A program made the position numbers and the translations under genes. The notes under the pieces were generated by a model, which worked only from the letters and a program-made list of their open reading frames with translations, did not search any database and was not told the DNA's origin. From Candidatus Bathyarchaeia archaeon (GTDB lineage: Archaea; Thermoproteota; Bathyarchaeia; Bathyarchaeales; Bathycorpusculaceae), in NCBI GenBank assembly GCA_038883795.1, contig JAVZLK010000001.1, positions 160,001 through 224,000 on the forward strand: DNA of 64,000 nt, in the 5' to 3' direction. Every line of letters begins with the position of its first letter. Positions within the stretch are counted from its first letter, which is position 1. Positions 28,595 through 37,798 of this stretch are shown here, one piece after another.

Positions 28595-28852
28595 ATGGGG
28601 CGAAGAAGGAGGAAAGTTGTTCGCATTCCCAAGAAACGGTTGCCTAAATTCTTCTCCTGTCCAAAGTGTGGAAAGGAAGCGGTTAGGGTTGAAATTCTTC
28701 GTGAGGAAGGGCGTGCAATTGTTGGTTGTGGAAGTTGCGGTTTAAAAGAAGAGTTTAATGTTAAACCAGCACAAAGCGAGGTTGATGTTTACTGTTTATT
28801 TACAGACAAACTTTATGGAGGTTCTAAGAAAAGCACACCCCCACAAGTTTAG
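28595..28852 (+). CDS. elf1: transcription elongation factor Elf1
   Basis: MGRRRRK...[10 protein letters not shown]...CGSC...VDVY..F.D. Confidence 0.9.
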   Translation: MGRRRRKVVRIPKKRLPKFFSCPKCGKEAVRVEILREEGRAIVGCGSCGLKEEFNVKPAQSEVDVYCLFTDKLYGGSKKSTPPQV

Positions 28853-28877
28853 GGAATTTGCGAATAGGCTGGTCTTT

Positions 28878-29636
28878 ATGGTAGGACGTGTTGAGAAATA
28901 TTTGCTTGAAAAAATCGAATCTGAAGGGGCAATTCACATAACCCTTATAGACCCTGAAAAGGTTACCCCACCTCAAGCGTCCAGAATTGTTGCTAAAGCA
29001 ACTTTAAGCGGGACAGCGGCAATAATGGTTGGAGGTTCCACATTCGTTTCCACAACGCATCTGGACAGCATTGTTAAGGCTGTTAAACGCACCGTAAAGG
29101 TTCCAGTAATCCTTTTCCCTAACAATATCACTGGCATAAGTCGTCACGCGGACGCTATATGGTTTATGTCGTTATTAAACTCTGTTGACCCCTATTTCTT
29201 GATAGGCGCCCAAGTTTTAGGTGCTCCTCTTGTTAAGAAATACCACTTAGAGCCTATTCCAATGGGGTATATCATCATCGGTGATGGCGGTACCGCTGGT
29301 ATTGTTGGAAAAGCGGTTCCTGTCCCATACAACAAGCCAGAACTTGCTGCTGCGCATGCCTTAGCAGGTCAATACTTGGGTATGCGGTTCATATATTTGG
29401 AAGCTGGTTCTGGCGCTAAGAAACCTGTTCCTCCAGAAATGATTCGGATTGTTAAAAGTTATGTTGATGTTCCCTTGGTTGTTGGAGGAGGCATAAAAAC
29501 GAGGGGGCAAGCGTTAGCGGCGGCGTCTGCAGGGGCAAACATTATAGTAACTGGTAATATTGTTGAGAACGCTGAGGTTAGAGAGAAGGTTTCTGAAATT
29601 ATTGAAGGTATAAGAGGTCATAGGTCGTATAAGTAA
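28878..29636 (+). CDS. geranylgeranylglyceryl phosphate synthase
   Basis: LIDPEK, MVGGST, ILFP, YLEAGSGA, VGGGI. Confidence 0.95.
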   Translation: MVGRVEKYLLEKIESEGAIHITLIDPEKVTPPQASRIVAKATLSGTAAIMVGGSTFVSTTHLDSIVKAVKRTVKVPVILFPNNITGISRHADAIWFMSLLNSVDPYFLIGAQVLGAPLVKKYHLEPIPMGYIIIGDGGTAGIVGKAVPVPYNKPELAAAHALAGQYLGMRFIYLEAGSGAKKPVPPEMIRIVKSYVDVPLVVGGGIKTRGQALAAASAGANIIVTGNIVENAEVREKVSEIIEGIRGHRSYK

Positions 29637-29948
29637 TTGACATCGTTTGAAAATTATTTTAACGCTTTAAAGAAAATTTTGGGAAATGAGAACGCCTATG
29701 AAATTTGGCCAAATTTCGACCCTCAATATGATGAGCATGAGTATGCTTGGGCTACGCTGAGAGGTTTAGGCGAAGTTTTACTGCTGAATTGTGGAGTTTG
29801 TGATGGGCCTTCTGATTTGCGGCACATAAACTGTAAGGAATGTGTTGAAAAGCGAAGTAAAATTGCAAGAGAGGCATATGAAAGGGCTACGGGGCGTTTT
29901 AAGGAAAAGTGGTCTACTATATTTTTGTGTAGAATTCACATGGAATAA
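29637..29948 (+). CDS. hypothetical Cys-containing (CxxC...CxxC) protein
   Basis: Abuts GGGPS stop; CGVC, CKEC. Confidence 0.7.
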   Translation: MTSFENYFNALKKILGNENAYEIWPNFDPQYDEHEYAWATLRGLGEVLLLNCGVCDGPSDLRHINCKECVEKRSKIAREAYERATGRFKEKWSTIFLCRIHME

Positions 29949-30034
29949 AACCATTTTACAGCCTTTATTTTTGATTTTTTTATGTCACAAAACAAAAATA
30001 AACAGTGATAACACAAGAACGTGCGTGTTGTAGC

Positions 30035-33000
30035 ATGAACGGTCCCATGAGCGAATCCTATAAGCAATATGTGGAAACTTTAGAAAACCAACTTCAGCAA
30101 TTATACACTTTAAGCCAGAAAGCAAGAGAAGAAGGCTTTGACCCCACACTAAACCCTGAATGTAAAATTGCAAAGGATTTAGCTGACTTGGTGGAGGGAC
30201 TCGTAGGACCAAAGGGTGTTGCTGAAAGCATTAGAGAATTGAGCAAGAAGCTTTCAAGGGAAGAATTAGCCTTTAAAATCGCCGAAGAAATTGTCTATGG
30301 CAAATTTGGGCACATGGAAGCTGAAGCAGCGGCTGAACAAGCAGTGCGCACTGCCCTAGCAATTTTGACGGAAGGGCTTACAGCAGCACCTTTACAGGGT
30401 GTGGCGAAGGTGAAAATTAAAACAAACTATGATAGAACACGTTATCTTGCCGTTTATTTTGCTGGTCCAATTCGCTCTGCTGGTGGGACAGATCAAGCCT
30501 TAACTTTGGTTGTTGCTGATTTTGTGCGCCGTTTGCTTGGGCTTGACCGTTATAAACCTACGGAAGATGAAATTTCACGGTTTGTTGAGGAGATGCGGCT
30601 TTATGAACGTTCTGTGAGTCGTTTTCAATATCATGTTTCAGATGATGAACTTAGGAAAGCGCTCCATTGGCTTCCAGTGGAGGTAACGGGTACCGAATCT
30701 AATCCTATTGAGGTTTCTTCTTTCCGAAATCTTCCTCGTATTGAAACTAATCGTGTGAGGGGTGGGGCGCTTAGGGTTGTGAACGATGGTGTTGTGGGGC
30801 GTTCTTCCAAGGTTTTGGCAATTGTTGAGAAGCTTGGTATTGTTGGGTGGGATTGGCTGAGGGATTTTCGGGAAAAGTCGGAGAAAAAGTCAGCAGGGTT
30901 TATGGACGAAGTAATTGCTGGGCGCCCAATTTTCTCATTTCCATCTACTCGTGGCGGCTTTCGCCTCAGATATGGAAGAGCACGGAATACTGGTTTGGCT
31001 GCCGTTGGTGTCCATCCAGCGACTATGTGGGTGCTTCAAGGTTTTTTGGCAGCTGGAACACAGCTTCGTTTAGAGCTTCCCGGAAAAGGAGGCGTTGTTG
31101 TTCCAGTTGACAGCATAGAACCGCCCATTGTTTTATTAAAAGATGGGTCTGTTATCCATGTGTCTATGGAGAATTTCAGCCATGTGAAAGACGACATTTC
31201 CAAAATTCTTTTTTTGGGCGACATTTTGATTAGCTTTGGGGATTTCCTATATAATAGTAAGTCTCTTGCGCCTTCTGGTTATGTAGAGGAATGGTGGGCT
31301 AAAGATTTACAAAAGGCTATCACAGAAAAGTTTAATGGAAACATTAAAGACTTAGCAGAAGTCACCAAAATTTCGTGTGAAAGGCTTAAGGCTTTTTTGG
31401 AAAATCCCTTCACCAATAAGCCCACAATTCAGGAGGCAATCCCTTTATCTTTAGCATTACATGTACCTCTTCATCCCTCCTTCACATTTTTCTGGTCGAA
31501 TCTCCGTTCAATTGAGGAGCTTGAACAGCTGCGAAGCTGGTTCCTTAACTCCAAAGTACAGAAAGAGGGTGGTTTAGTTTGTGAAATCGTTGGAGATATG
31601 CAAGCTAATGTTAAGCAAGCTTTAGAAACGCTATGTTTACCTCACAAAGTTTCGGGAGGCAAAATCGTTATTGAGGGAGATGATGCGCATGCCTTTGCCT
31701 TCTCCCTTGGTTATGAATCTGCAAATGCTGTTGACTTTTCTTCTGCCAAATCCATTGTAGAAGCAGTCAGTCAACTTGCTGGCGTAAAAATTCGAGAAAA
31801 GGCTGCGACGTTTGTTGGAGCTCGTATGGGAAGACCTGAAAAGGCAAAAAGGCGGGAGATGAAACCGCTTGTGCATATTCTTTTTCCAGTTGGTTTAGCT
31901 GGTGGGGCTCAGCGTGACATTATGGAAGCGGCTAAGAAAGAGCGGATTTTTGTGGATATTGTTAAGCGTAGGTGCCGAGTTTGTAATACTACTACTTTTA
32001 GAGTCAAATGCCCAGATTGTGGTTCTGAAACGGTTTATGAGAAAAGCTGCCCTCGATGTAATAGAGTTTTGAACGGGGATGAGTGCCCCGTCTGTAAGGT
32101 GCAAACTATCCCCTATCAAAAACAGAGGGTCGATTTTAGAGAGTTAGTTGAAAATGCATGCGAGCGTTTAGGGGTATTTATTCCAAAAATTTTGAAAGGT
32201 GTTAAAGGATTATCAAATGAGAGTAAAACTCCTGAAATTATTGAGAAGGGGATTTTGCGGGCTAAATATGATTTGTCAGTTTATAAGGATGGCACTGTGC
32301 GCTTTGACGCTACAAATGCTCCGTTAACTCATTTTAAACCGTCAGAAATCGGAGTTTCCGTGGAAAGGCTCAAGCAGCTCGGTTATAATCACGATGTTCA
32401 TGGGGTACCATTGACGGATGCTAACCAAATATGTGAACTAAAAATTCAAGATGTCATCATTCCCACAAAATGTGCAGAATACTTTATACGAGTTGCAAAC
32501 TTTTTAGATGAGCTTTTAACGAAAGTCTACAAACTTTCACCTTACTATAATGTTAAGCGAATAGAAGACTTGGTTGGGCATCTTATTGTTGGTTTGGCAC
32601 CCCACACTTCTGTGGGCATTCTTGGGCGTATAATTGGCTTTACAAACTTAAACGTCTGTTACGCTCATCCAATTTGGCATTCAGCCAAACGCAGGGACTG
32701 TGATGGCGACGAAGACGCCCTAATGCTTGCCTTGGATACTTTGCTTAACTTTTCTCGAGAGTATCTGCCTGCGCAAATTGGTGGAATAATGGATGCTCCA
32801 TTGCTTCTAATCCCAATTGTTAACACTCAGGAGGTGCAAAGGCAGGCATACGATTTCGATGTTGCCAGCGCATATCCTCTGGAATTTTATGAGAAAACGT
32901 TGGAAACTGTAGATGCTAGAAACGTCAGTCGTATCATAGATCTTATTGGACATCGGTTGGGTACAGAAGCACAGTTTGAGGGCTTTCGGTTCACAACCCC

Positions 33001-33451
33001 CGTTTCTAATATTAATATGGGAAATGTGGAAAGTGCGTATAAACGGTTTAAAACGATGATTGAAAAGTTGACGTGTCAACTTGATTTGGCTGAAAAAATA
33101 GAAGCTGTGAATGCAAGAAAAGTGGCTTTTAAAGTTTTGACAAAACATTTTATGCGCGACATTGCTGGGAATCTGCGAGCCTTTTCCATGCAAAGGTTTC
33201 GATGTAAGTCATGCAGTAAACGCTTCAGACGTTTACCCCTTCGCGGTAAATGTCCCCACTGTGGTGGAGAAATAACCCTAACTGTTTACCGTGGTGGCAT
33301 CGAGAAATACTTGGAGGCTGCGGAGCATTTGATTGAGAAGTATGGTTTGCCACGATATTATGCCCAACGAATTTTGCTTATGCGAGAGGAGATTAACTCT
33401 TTATTTGAGGGAAAAAAGCCAAAACAAATTAGCTTAACGGATTTTGCTTGA
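30035..33451 (+). CDS. polC: DNA polymerase D large subunit DP2
   Basis: AGPIRSAGGT, GGFRLRYGR, RMGRPEKAK, KRRDCDGDED, C-terminal PIP QISLTDF; start approximate. Confidence 0.98.
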   Translation: MNGPMSESYKQYVETLENQLQQLYTLSQKAREEGFDPTLNPECKIAKDLADLVEGLVGPKGVAESIRELSKKLSREELAFKIAEEIVYGKFGHMEAEAAAEQAVRTALAILTEGLTAAPLQGVAKVKIKTNYDRTRYLAVYFAGPIRSAGGTDQALTLVVADFVRRLLGLDRYKPTEDEISRFVEEMRLYERSVSRFQYHVSDDELRKALHWLPVEVTGTESNPIEVSSFRNLPRIETNRVRGGALRVVNDGVVGRSSKVLAIVEKLGIVGWDWLRDFREKSEKKSAGFMDEVIAGRPIFSFPSTRGGFRLRYGRARNTGLAAVGVHPATMWVLQGFLAAGTQLRLELPGKGGVVVPVDSIEPPIVLLKDGSVIHVSMENFSHVKDDISKILFLGDILISFGDFLYNSKSLAPSGYVEEWWAKDLQKAITEKFNGNIKDLAEVTKISCERLKAFLENPFTNKPTIQEAIPLSLALHVPLHPSFTFFWSNLRSIEELEQLRSWFLNSKVQKEGGLVCEIVGDMQANVKQALETLCLPHKVSGGKIVIEGDDAHAFAFSLGYESANAVDFSSAKSIVEAVSQLAGVKIREKAATFVGARMGRPEKAKRREMKPLVHILFPVGLAGGAQRDIMEAAKKERIFVDIVKRRCRVCNTTTFRVKCPDCGSETVYEKSCPRCNRVLNGDECPVCKVQTIPYQKQRVDFRELVENACERLGVFIPKILKGVKGLSNESKTPEIIEKGILRAKYDLSVYKDGTVRFDATNAPLTHFKPSEIGVSVERLKQLGYNHDVHGVPLTDANQICELKIQDVIIPTKCAEYFIRVANFLDELLTKVYKLSPYYNVKRIEDLVGHLIVGLAPHTSVGILGRIIGFTNLNVCYAHPIWHSAKRRDCDGDEDALMLALDTLLNFSREYLPAQIGGIMDAPLLLIPIVNTQEVQRQAYDFDVASAYPLEFYEKTLETVDARNVSRIIDLIGHRLGTEAQFEGFRFTTPVSNINMGNVESAYKRFKTMIEKLTCQLDLAEKIEAVNARKVAFKVLTKHFMRDIAGNLRAFSMQRFRCKSCSKRFRRLPLRGKCPHCGGEITLTVYRGGIEKYLEAAEHLIEKYGLPRYYAQRILLMREEINSLFEGKKPKQISLTDFA

Positions 33452-33486
33452 GAAAACTTTTCTAAACCAATACCCAATAATTATTT

Positions 33487-33768
33487 TTGGTGAGCATGTT
33501 AAAAGAAGCTTATCACCCCAACGCTTACTTGTCAAATATAAAAAACATTAAGCTTGGGCTTCTGGCGCGAACTAAAATATTGAGTGTTTTGGATAAGGGT
33601 TCAGCGGATGCAAAAGCAATCGTCAAAGAAACTGGAATGCGTTACAATGTTGTTATGCATCATCTAAGGCTTCTGGAAGCTGAGGGAATCGTAGAGCGGA
33701 AAGGGAGTAGGCCACATGTTTGGACTATTACTGGTTTTGGGCAGAAGCGGTTAGTGAACCTTGGTTAA
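33487..33768 (+). CDS. ArsR-like winged-helix protein
   Basis: RTKILSVL...YNVVMHHLRLLEAEGIVER. Confidence 0.82.
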   Translation: MVSMLKEAYHPNAYLSNIKNIKLGLLARTKILSVLDKGSADAKAIVKETGMRYNVVMHHLRLLEAEGIVERKGSRPHVWTITGFGQKRLVNLG

Positions 33769-34052
33769 AAGGGGCATCGGCATGGAGAGCTCTTACACTT
33801 TGGACATAGATTTTCATATTTGTTAAAGGCTGCCTTTTCAAGGTCCACATTTAAGACGTTTGCAAGCGAAGCCAACCATGCAATCACGTCTGCAAACTCG
33901 TCTTCCAAAGCCTTTTTGTCATTTGTTTTTAATGCTTCTCCTAACTCTTTTATTTCGTCTACAAGCCAATTGTAGGTTTGGATGGCGCCTCGTTTAGAAT
34001 CTTTGTGAAAATATAGGCGGTACATCATTCTCTGAAACTCACATATGTGCAA
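33765..34052 (-). CDS. MazG-like nucleotide pyrophosphohydrolase
   Basis: WLVDEIKEL...EFADVIAWLASLAN; C-terminal CPKC..PC.C. Confidence 0.88.
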   Translation of the reverse strand: MHICEFQRMMYRLYFHKDSKRGAIQTYNWLVDEIKELGEALKTNDKKALEDEFADVIAWLASLANVLNVDLEKAAFNKYENLCPKCKSSPCRCPF

Positions 34053-34135
34053 CTCATTTCCCCCTTCCTCTTTATGAACGAGCAATTTTTAAGATAAAAA
34101 GGCATCTAATCCTTCTGTTTGGATGTGAAAATGTT

Positions 34136-34633
34136 ATGCGTATTATCGTTAGAAATTATAGAGGAGAGGATAGGGAAAGTTGCCGTTCGCTGTGGCGGGA
34201 ACTAACAGAGTGGCATCGAGAAATTTACCAAGACCCAAGCATTGGCGGGGAACACCCGGAAAATTACTTTGACAAGCACTTGGCTAAAGTTGGACCAGAC
34301 AAACTGTGGGTTGCGGAATACAACTCTAAAGTTGTAGGGCTTGTGAGCTTAATTGTCGAAGGGAATGAGGCTGAAATAGAACCCCTCATCGTCAGCAAAA
34401 CTTATCGCGGTAAGGGAATAGGAAAGCAACTCTTAGAAACAGTTATTTCTGAAGCCAAGAAAATGGGGATAAGGCTTCTATGTATAAAGCCTGTAGCCCG
34501 AAACGTTAAAACAATAAAATTCTTATACCAACAAGGTTTCAAAACGTTGGGAGAAGTCGAACTTTTCATGGATTTTTCAGATTATAAATGGAAGTCTGGA
34601 CCTAAGCTTTTTGGATGCAAATTTAACTATTAG
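34136..34633 (+). CDS. GNAT acetyltransferase
   Basis: VSKTYRGKGIGKQLL; FLYQQGF. Confidence 0.88.
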   Translation: MRIIVRNYRGEDRESCRSLWRELTEWHREIYQDPSIGGEHPENYFDKHLAKVGPDKLWVAEYNSKVVGLVSLIVEGNEAEIEPLIVSKTYRGKGIGKQLLETVISEAKKMGIRLLCIKPVARNVKTIKFLYQQGFKTLGEVELFMDFSDYKWKSGPKLFGCKFNY

Positions 34634-35051
34634 ACAAAGCCCTTTGCCCCTTCTCAATTATATGTTGGACTTTAACACCTTTTCTTTCTAAATGTGCTGA
34701 GATAAATCGCCTATGACAATATTTTGGGTTAACTTCCATACACATAATGGATGCCCGCTTGTTTTGTGCAATTTCCAAAAGCCTTCTTATTCCTTCTCTG
34801 AAAGTTTTGGTTCGCATATGCTTTTTATATCCGCCTCGTCTATACCCTCCCAGTTCTTTTCCAAGCCAAAAATATTCTATGCCATTCTGAGGAAGCCACC
34901 TTTCCATTTGCTCTTTCTTGAAATGTTCAATTTTTGACGTTGGAAAACTTCGAACATCCACAACAACTTGAATTTTATGCTCATTCAACAACTCTAAAAA
35001 CTTCTCTATGGAACGATTACTGTGCCCAATAGTCCATAACGTGATTTGCAA
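34623..35051 (-). CDS. DUF488 family protein
   Basis: TIGHSNR, VDVRSFP, LGG.R, MCME...CHR. Confidence 0.88.
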   Translation of the reverse strand: MQITLWTIGHSNRSIEKFLELLNEHKIQVVVDVRSFPTSKIEHFKKEQMERWLPQNGIEYFWLGKELGGYRRGGYKKHMRTKTFREGIRRLLEIAQNKRASIMCMEVNPKYCHRRFISAHLERKGVKVQHIIEKGQRALSNS

Positions 35052-35053
35052 TT

Positions 35054-35656
35054 TTACCGCTTACTTTCCAAATCTCTAAAGATCAACTTCACCAAATTGT
35101 CCAATCTATCTCTAACCTTTCCATTTTCAAGAAGGTCTCCATAAATGGAGCCTCTGCCATACTCAGCTGATTGAAGCAGAAGTGATAGAGGCGGGTTTTT
35201 GCAATCGTAATGGTCGAGAATTATGCTATGATATGTGAGGTCACCTCCAGCAGGAACATTTCCAATAACTATTAGGGCTATAATCTTGTTTAGAATGGTG
35301 TTTTTGAATTCTTCATAGCCTTTAAAGATGCCTTGTGCTCTCTCTGCGAAAGCACTATAGAGTCCTGCTGGTTTGGCTCCGTATGTTGGAACTGCAAGTA
35401 TGATGACGTCTGCCTCTTTCATTTCATTGTAAATCTTTGGAACATCATCCTTTATTGGGCATTCTTCTTCTTTGCCTCTAAGCTTAAGACCAAAACACTC
35501 ATAATTGCAATGACTGCAAGGCGTTATATCATAATCGTAGATGTTGATTATTTCAGTTTCAAATTTTTGAGCTTTTAACTTCTCGAGGACATATTCCAGA
35601 GAGTTTAGGCAGTTGCCTCTTTTCCTTGCGCTGAATGCGATACCTAAGGCTTTCAT
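35054..35656 (-). CDS. flavodoxin-fold iron-sulfur flavoprotein
   Basis: SARKRGN, PCSHCNYEC...CPIKDD, ADVIILAVPTY. Confidence 0.85.
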   Translation of the reverse strand: MKALGIAFSARKRGNCLNSLEYVLEKLKAQKFETEIINIYDYDITPCSHCNYECFGLKLRGKEEECPIKDDVPKIYNEMKEADVIILAVPTYGAKPAGLYSAFAERAQGIFKGYEEFKNTILNKIIALIVIGNVPAGGDLTYHSIILDHYDCKNPPLSLLLQSAEYGRGSIYGDLLENGKVRDRLDNLVKLIFRDLESKR

Positions 35657-35664
35657 GGGTTGCT

Positions 35665-36981
35665 CTACCGAATTTTTACGTATTTGTAGGCTTCTGTGGA
35701 GTTTTCAAAGCAGTAATGCACTTTTTGATAGCTTTTTCGGAACTCTACCACATCAGTCTTAACCTTTTCTGGCGGTTCTTTATCTATTATTACTCGCTTG
35801 ATGAACTCTGCTATTTCAATCATTTCTGACTCTTTCATTCCAAGCCTTGTGACTTCCGAAACTCCAAGCCTTATTCCGCCCGGATGCTGGAAATGTCTTC
35901 CCTCTTTAATGTCCCATGGCAACAAATTCCTATTTATTATTATGTTTGCCTTCTCCAAAGTTTCCTCGATTGTTCCGCCGTCGCCATACTTTGTAATGTC
36001 TATTATCATCACATGGGATTCTGTGAACCCTTTATGCTCTGCTAAAACGTTAAATCCCCTTTCATAAAGGGCTTGGGCTAAAGCTTTAGCGTTTTTCACT
36101 ATTTGGCTTGCATATTCCTTTCCAAATTCAAGCATTTCTGCACATGCAATGGTCACGCCAGCAACAGCGTGCAAATGGTGATTGCTAACCATTCCAGGGA
36201 AGGTTGCCCTTTTTATTTTTTCAGCGTATTTCTCCCATGATAGGACTCCGCCATGTTGTGGTCCAAAGAAAGTTTTATGCGTGCTTAGGCTTACTACGTC
36301 TGCTCCTTCTCTAAGAGGGTCTTGGAATTTTCCTCCAGCAATTAAGCCAGCCACGTGGGCTGCATCGTATCCCACGGTTCCTCCCACTGAACGAATAGTG
36401 TCTGCAAGCTCCTTAACTGGATGAGGAAACGGGAAGACACTTGCGCCAAACATGACAAGTTTTGGCGGTCTTCCTTCAGATGCCAGCTTTTCAATTCTCT
36501 CTTTTGCTTTGTCAACATCTATGTTTAATTCTTTATAATCTAAGGGTAAGTATTCAACAATTAAACCGTGAACGGCACCTGCAGTGCCTCCCAACTCTTT
36601 TTTGCCCATGGTTATGTGTCCACCGCATGGAATGGATAATGCCATCATAATGTCGCCTGGCTCTGTGAAAGCTGTGTAAACAACTAGGTTTGCCACAACC
36701 CCCGAGATTGGCCTGACATCCACAAATTCCGCCTTAAAAAGTTTTTTCATAAGTTCTATGCATTTGTTTTCCACTTGGTCTATGAAGCGACAGCCCGCAT
36801 AGACACGTTCTCCTGGCCATCCTTCAGCATAGCGGTTTCCAAAATCTGTTGTGAGGGCTTCGCGAACTGCTGGGCTTGGGATGTTTTCGCTTGCTATGAG
36901 GGGAATATTTTCTTGGAACCACTTATGATGTTGTTCAAGGAGACTAAGCACGTAATTATATTCGTCTCGTGAACCTGACAT
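35665..36981 (-). CDS. glyA: serine hydroxymethyltransferase
   Basis: LIASEN, YAEG, DAAHVAGLI, STHKTFFGPQ. Confidence 0.97.
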   Translation of the reverse strand: MSGSRDEYNYVLSLLEQHHKWFQENIPLIASENIPSPAVREALTTDFGNRYAEGWPGERVYAGCRFIDQVENKCIELMKKLFKAEFVDVRPISGVVANLVVYTAFTEPGDIMMALSIPCGGHITMGKKELGGTAGAVHGLIVEYLPLDYKELNIDVDKAKERIEKLASEGRPPKLVMFGASVFPFPHPVKELADTIRSVGGTVGYDAAHVAGLIAGGKFQDPLREGADVVSLSTHKTFFGPQHGGVLSWEKYAEKIKRATFPGMVSNHHLHAVAGVTIACAEMLEFGKEYASQIVKNAKALAQALYERGFNVLAEHKGFTESHVMIIDITKYGDGGTIEETLEKANIIINRNLLPWDIKEGRHFQHPGGIRLGVSEVTRLGMKESEMIEIAEFIKRVIIDKEPPEKVKTDVVEFRKSYQKVHYCFENSTEAYKYVKIR

Positions 36982-37092
36982 GGTAAACACCTTTTGCATC
37001 AAACTATCATCCATCCACAAATAAAAAACTCTTTTGGAATTGCGCAACATTAATAATGGAGATAAACCACCATACTAAAAGGAGAATGCCGA

Positions 37093-37260
37093 ATGAGCAA
37101 GAAAAAGAAAGAGAAAGCAGCGCCTATGCCCGCTGCAAGTGCAGGGCTTCTAAGATTCTTTGAGGAAGAAACTGAAGGAGTAAAGGTTCGTCCAGAAATC
37201 CTTGTGGGTTTGGCGATAGCCCTAATAGTGGTAGTTGTTTTGGCTCGTATTTTCTTTTAA
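37093..37260 (+). CDS. secG: preprotein translocase Sec61beta subunit
   Basis: Not in ORF track; MSKKKKEKAAPMPAASAGLLRFFEEETEGVKVRPE plus one TM helix. Confidence 0.92.
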   Translation: MSKKKKEKAAPMPAASAGLLRFFEEETEGVKVRPEILVGLAIALIVVVVLARIFF

Positions 37261-37544
37261 CGGCGAGAAGGGGCATGCAAAACTTCTATTCGCTGCACCG
37301 AATTTAAGTGAATAAATATTTCGCTTCTTTCTTCCCTTCCAGCCACTTGTGGAATTGGTTGGGCTATTGTCGCTCGCAATATAATTGCCTCTGCCTCTGA
37401 AAGCCAAATTCCCGCTGGCTCTCGGGTTACAGCCGCCAAAGTCCCTTCAAAACCATAAGAAGGGTCTAAAATTACGCGTAGCTTTTTGCCTAAATTTTTT
37501 TCAAGCATGTGAAATATTGTTGGAGGGATGGGCTGATCTGGCAT
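37257..37544 (-). CDS. divergent Sm/Lsm-fold protein
   Basis: LEKNLGKKLRVIL...FEGTL...IWLSEA...EIFIHLNSVQRI pattern. Confidence 0.65.
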   Translation of the reverse strand: MPDQPIPPTIFHMLEKNLGKKLRVILDPSYGFEGTLAAVTREPAGIWLSEAEAIILRATIAQPIPQVAGREERSEIFIHLNSVQRIEVLHAPSRR

Positions 37545-37798
37545 TGGCTTCGCAAAGTGTATAATCAGCAGTTTACAAATAAAACAGTTATCCTTCTAAA
37601 ACATTGTATGCTTAATGTTGCCATTATTTTGGTCTTCCTTTCTTCGGCGTTTCTTTTTTCATGTTTCGTGTCAAAACTAATTTGGCATATTATGAAATGA
37701 TTATGCAAATAATGTCTTAAATCTCCATGAAAGATACGACGTTAACTCACGACACTTTAATATGCTTGTAAACTTTCATAGAAAATTCGCCGAGAAAG

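Noticed and set aside
30672-30691. ORB-like TTCCAGTGGAG...GGG inside polC
   Set aside because: Explained by conserved coding sequence (LPVEVTG)
30035-33451. Possible inteins in DP2, Cdc6 or PpsA
   Set aside because: Normal lengths; no splice-junction or LAGLIDADG motifs seen
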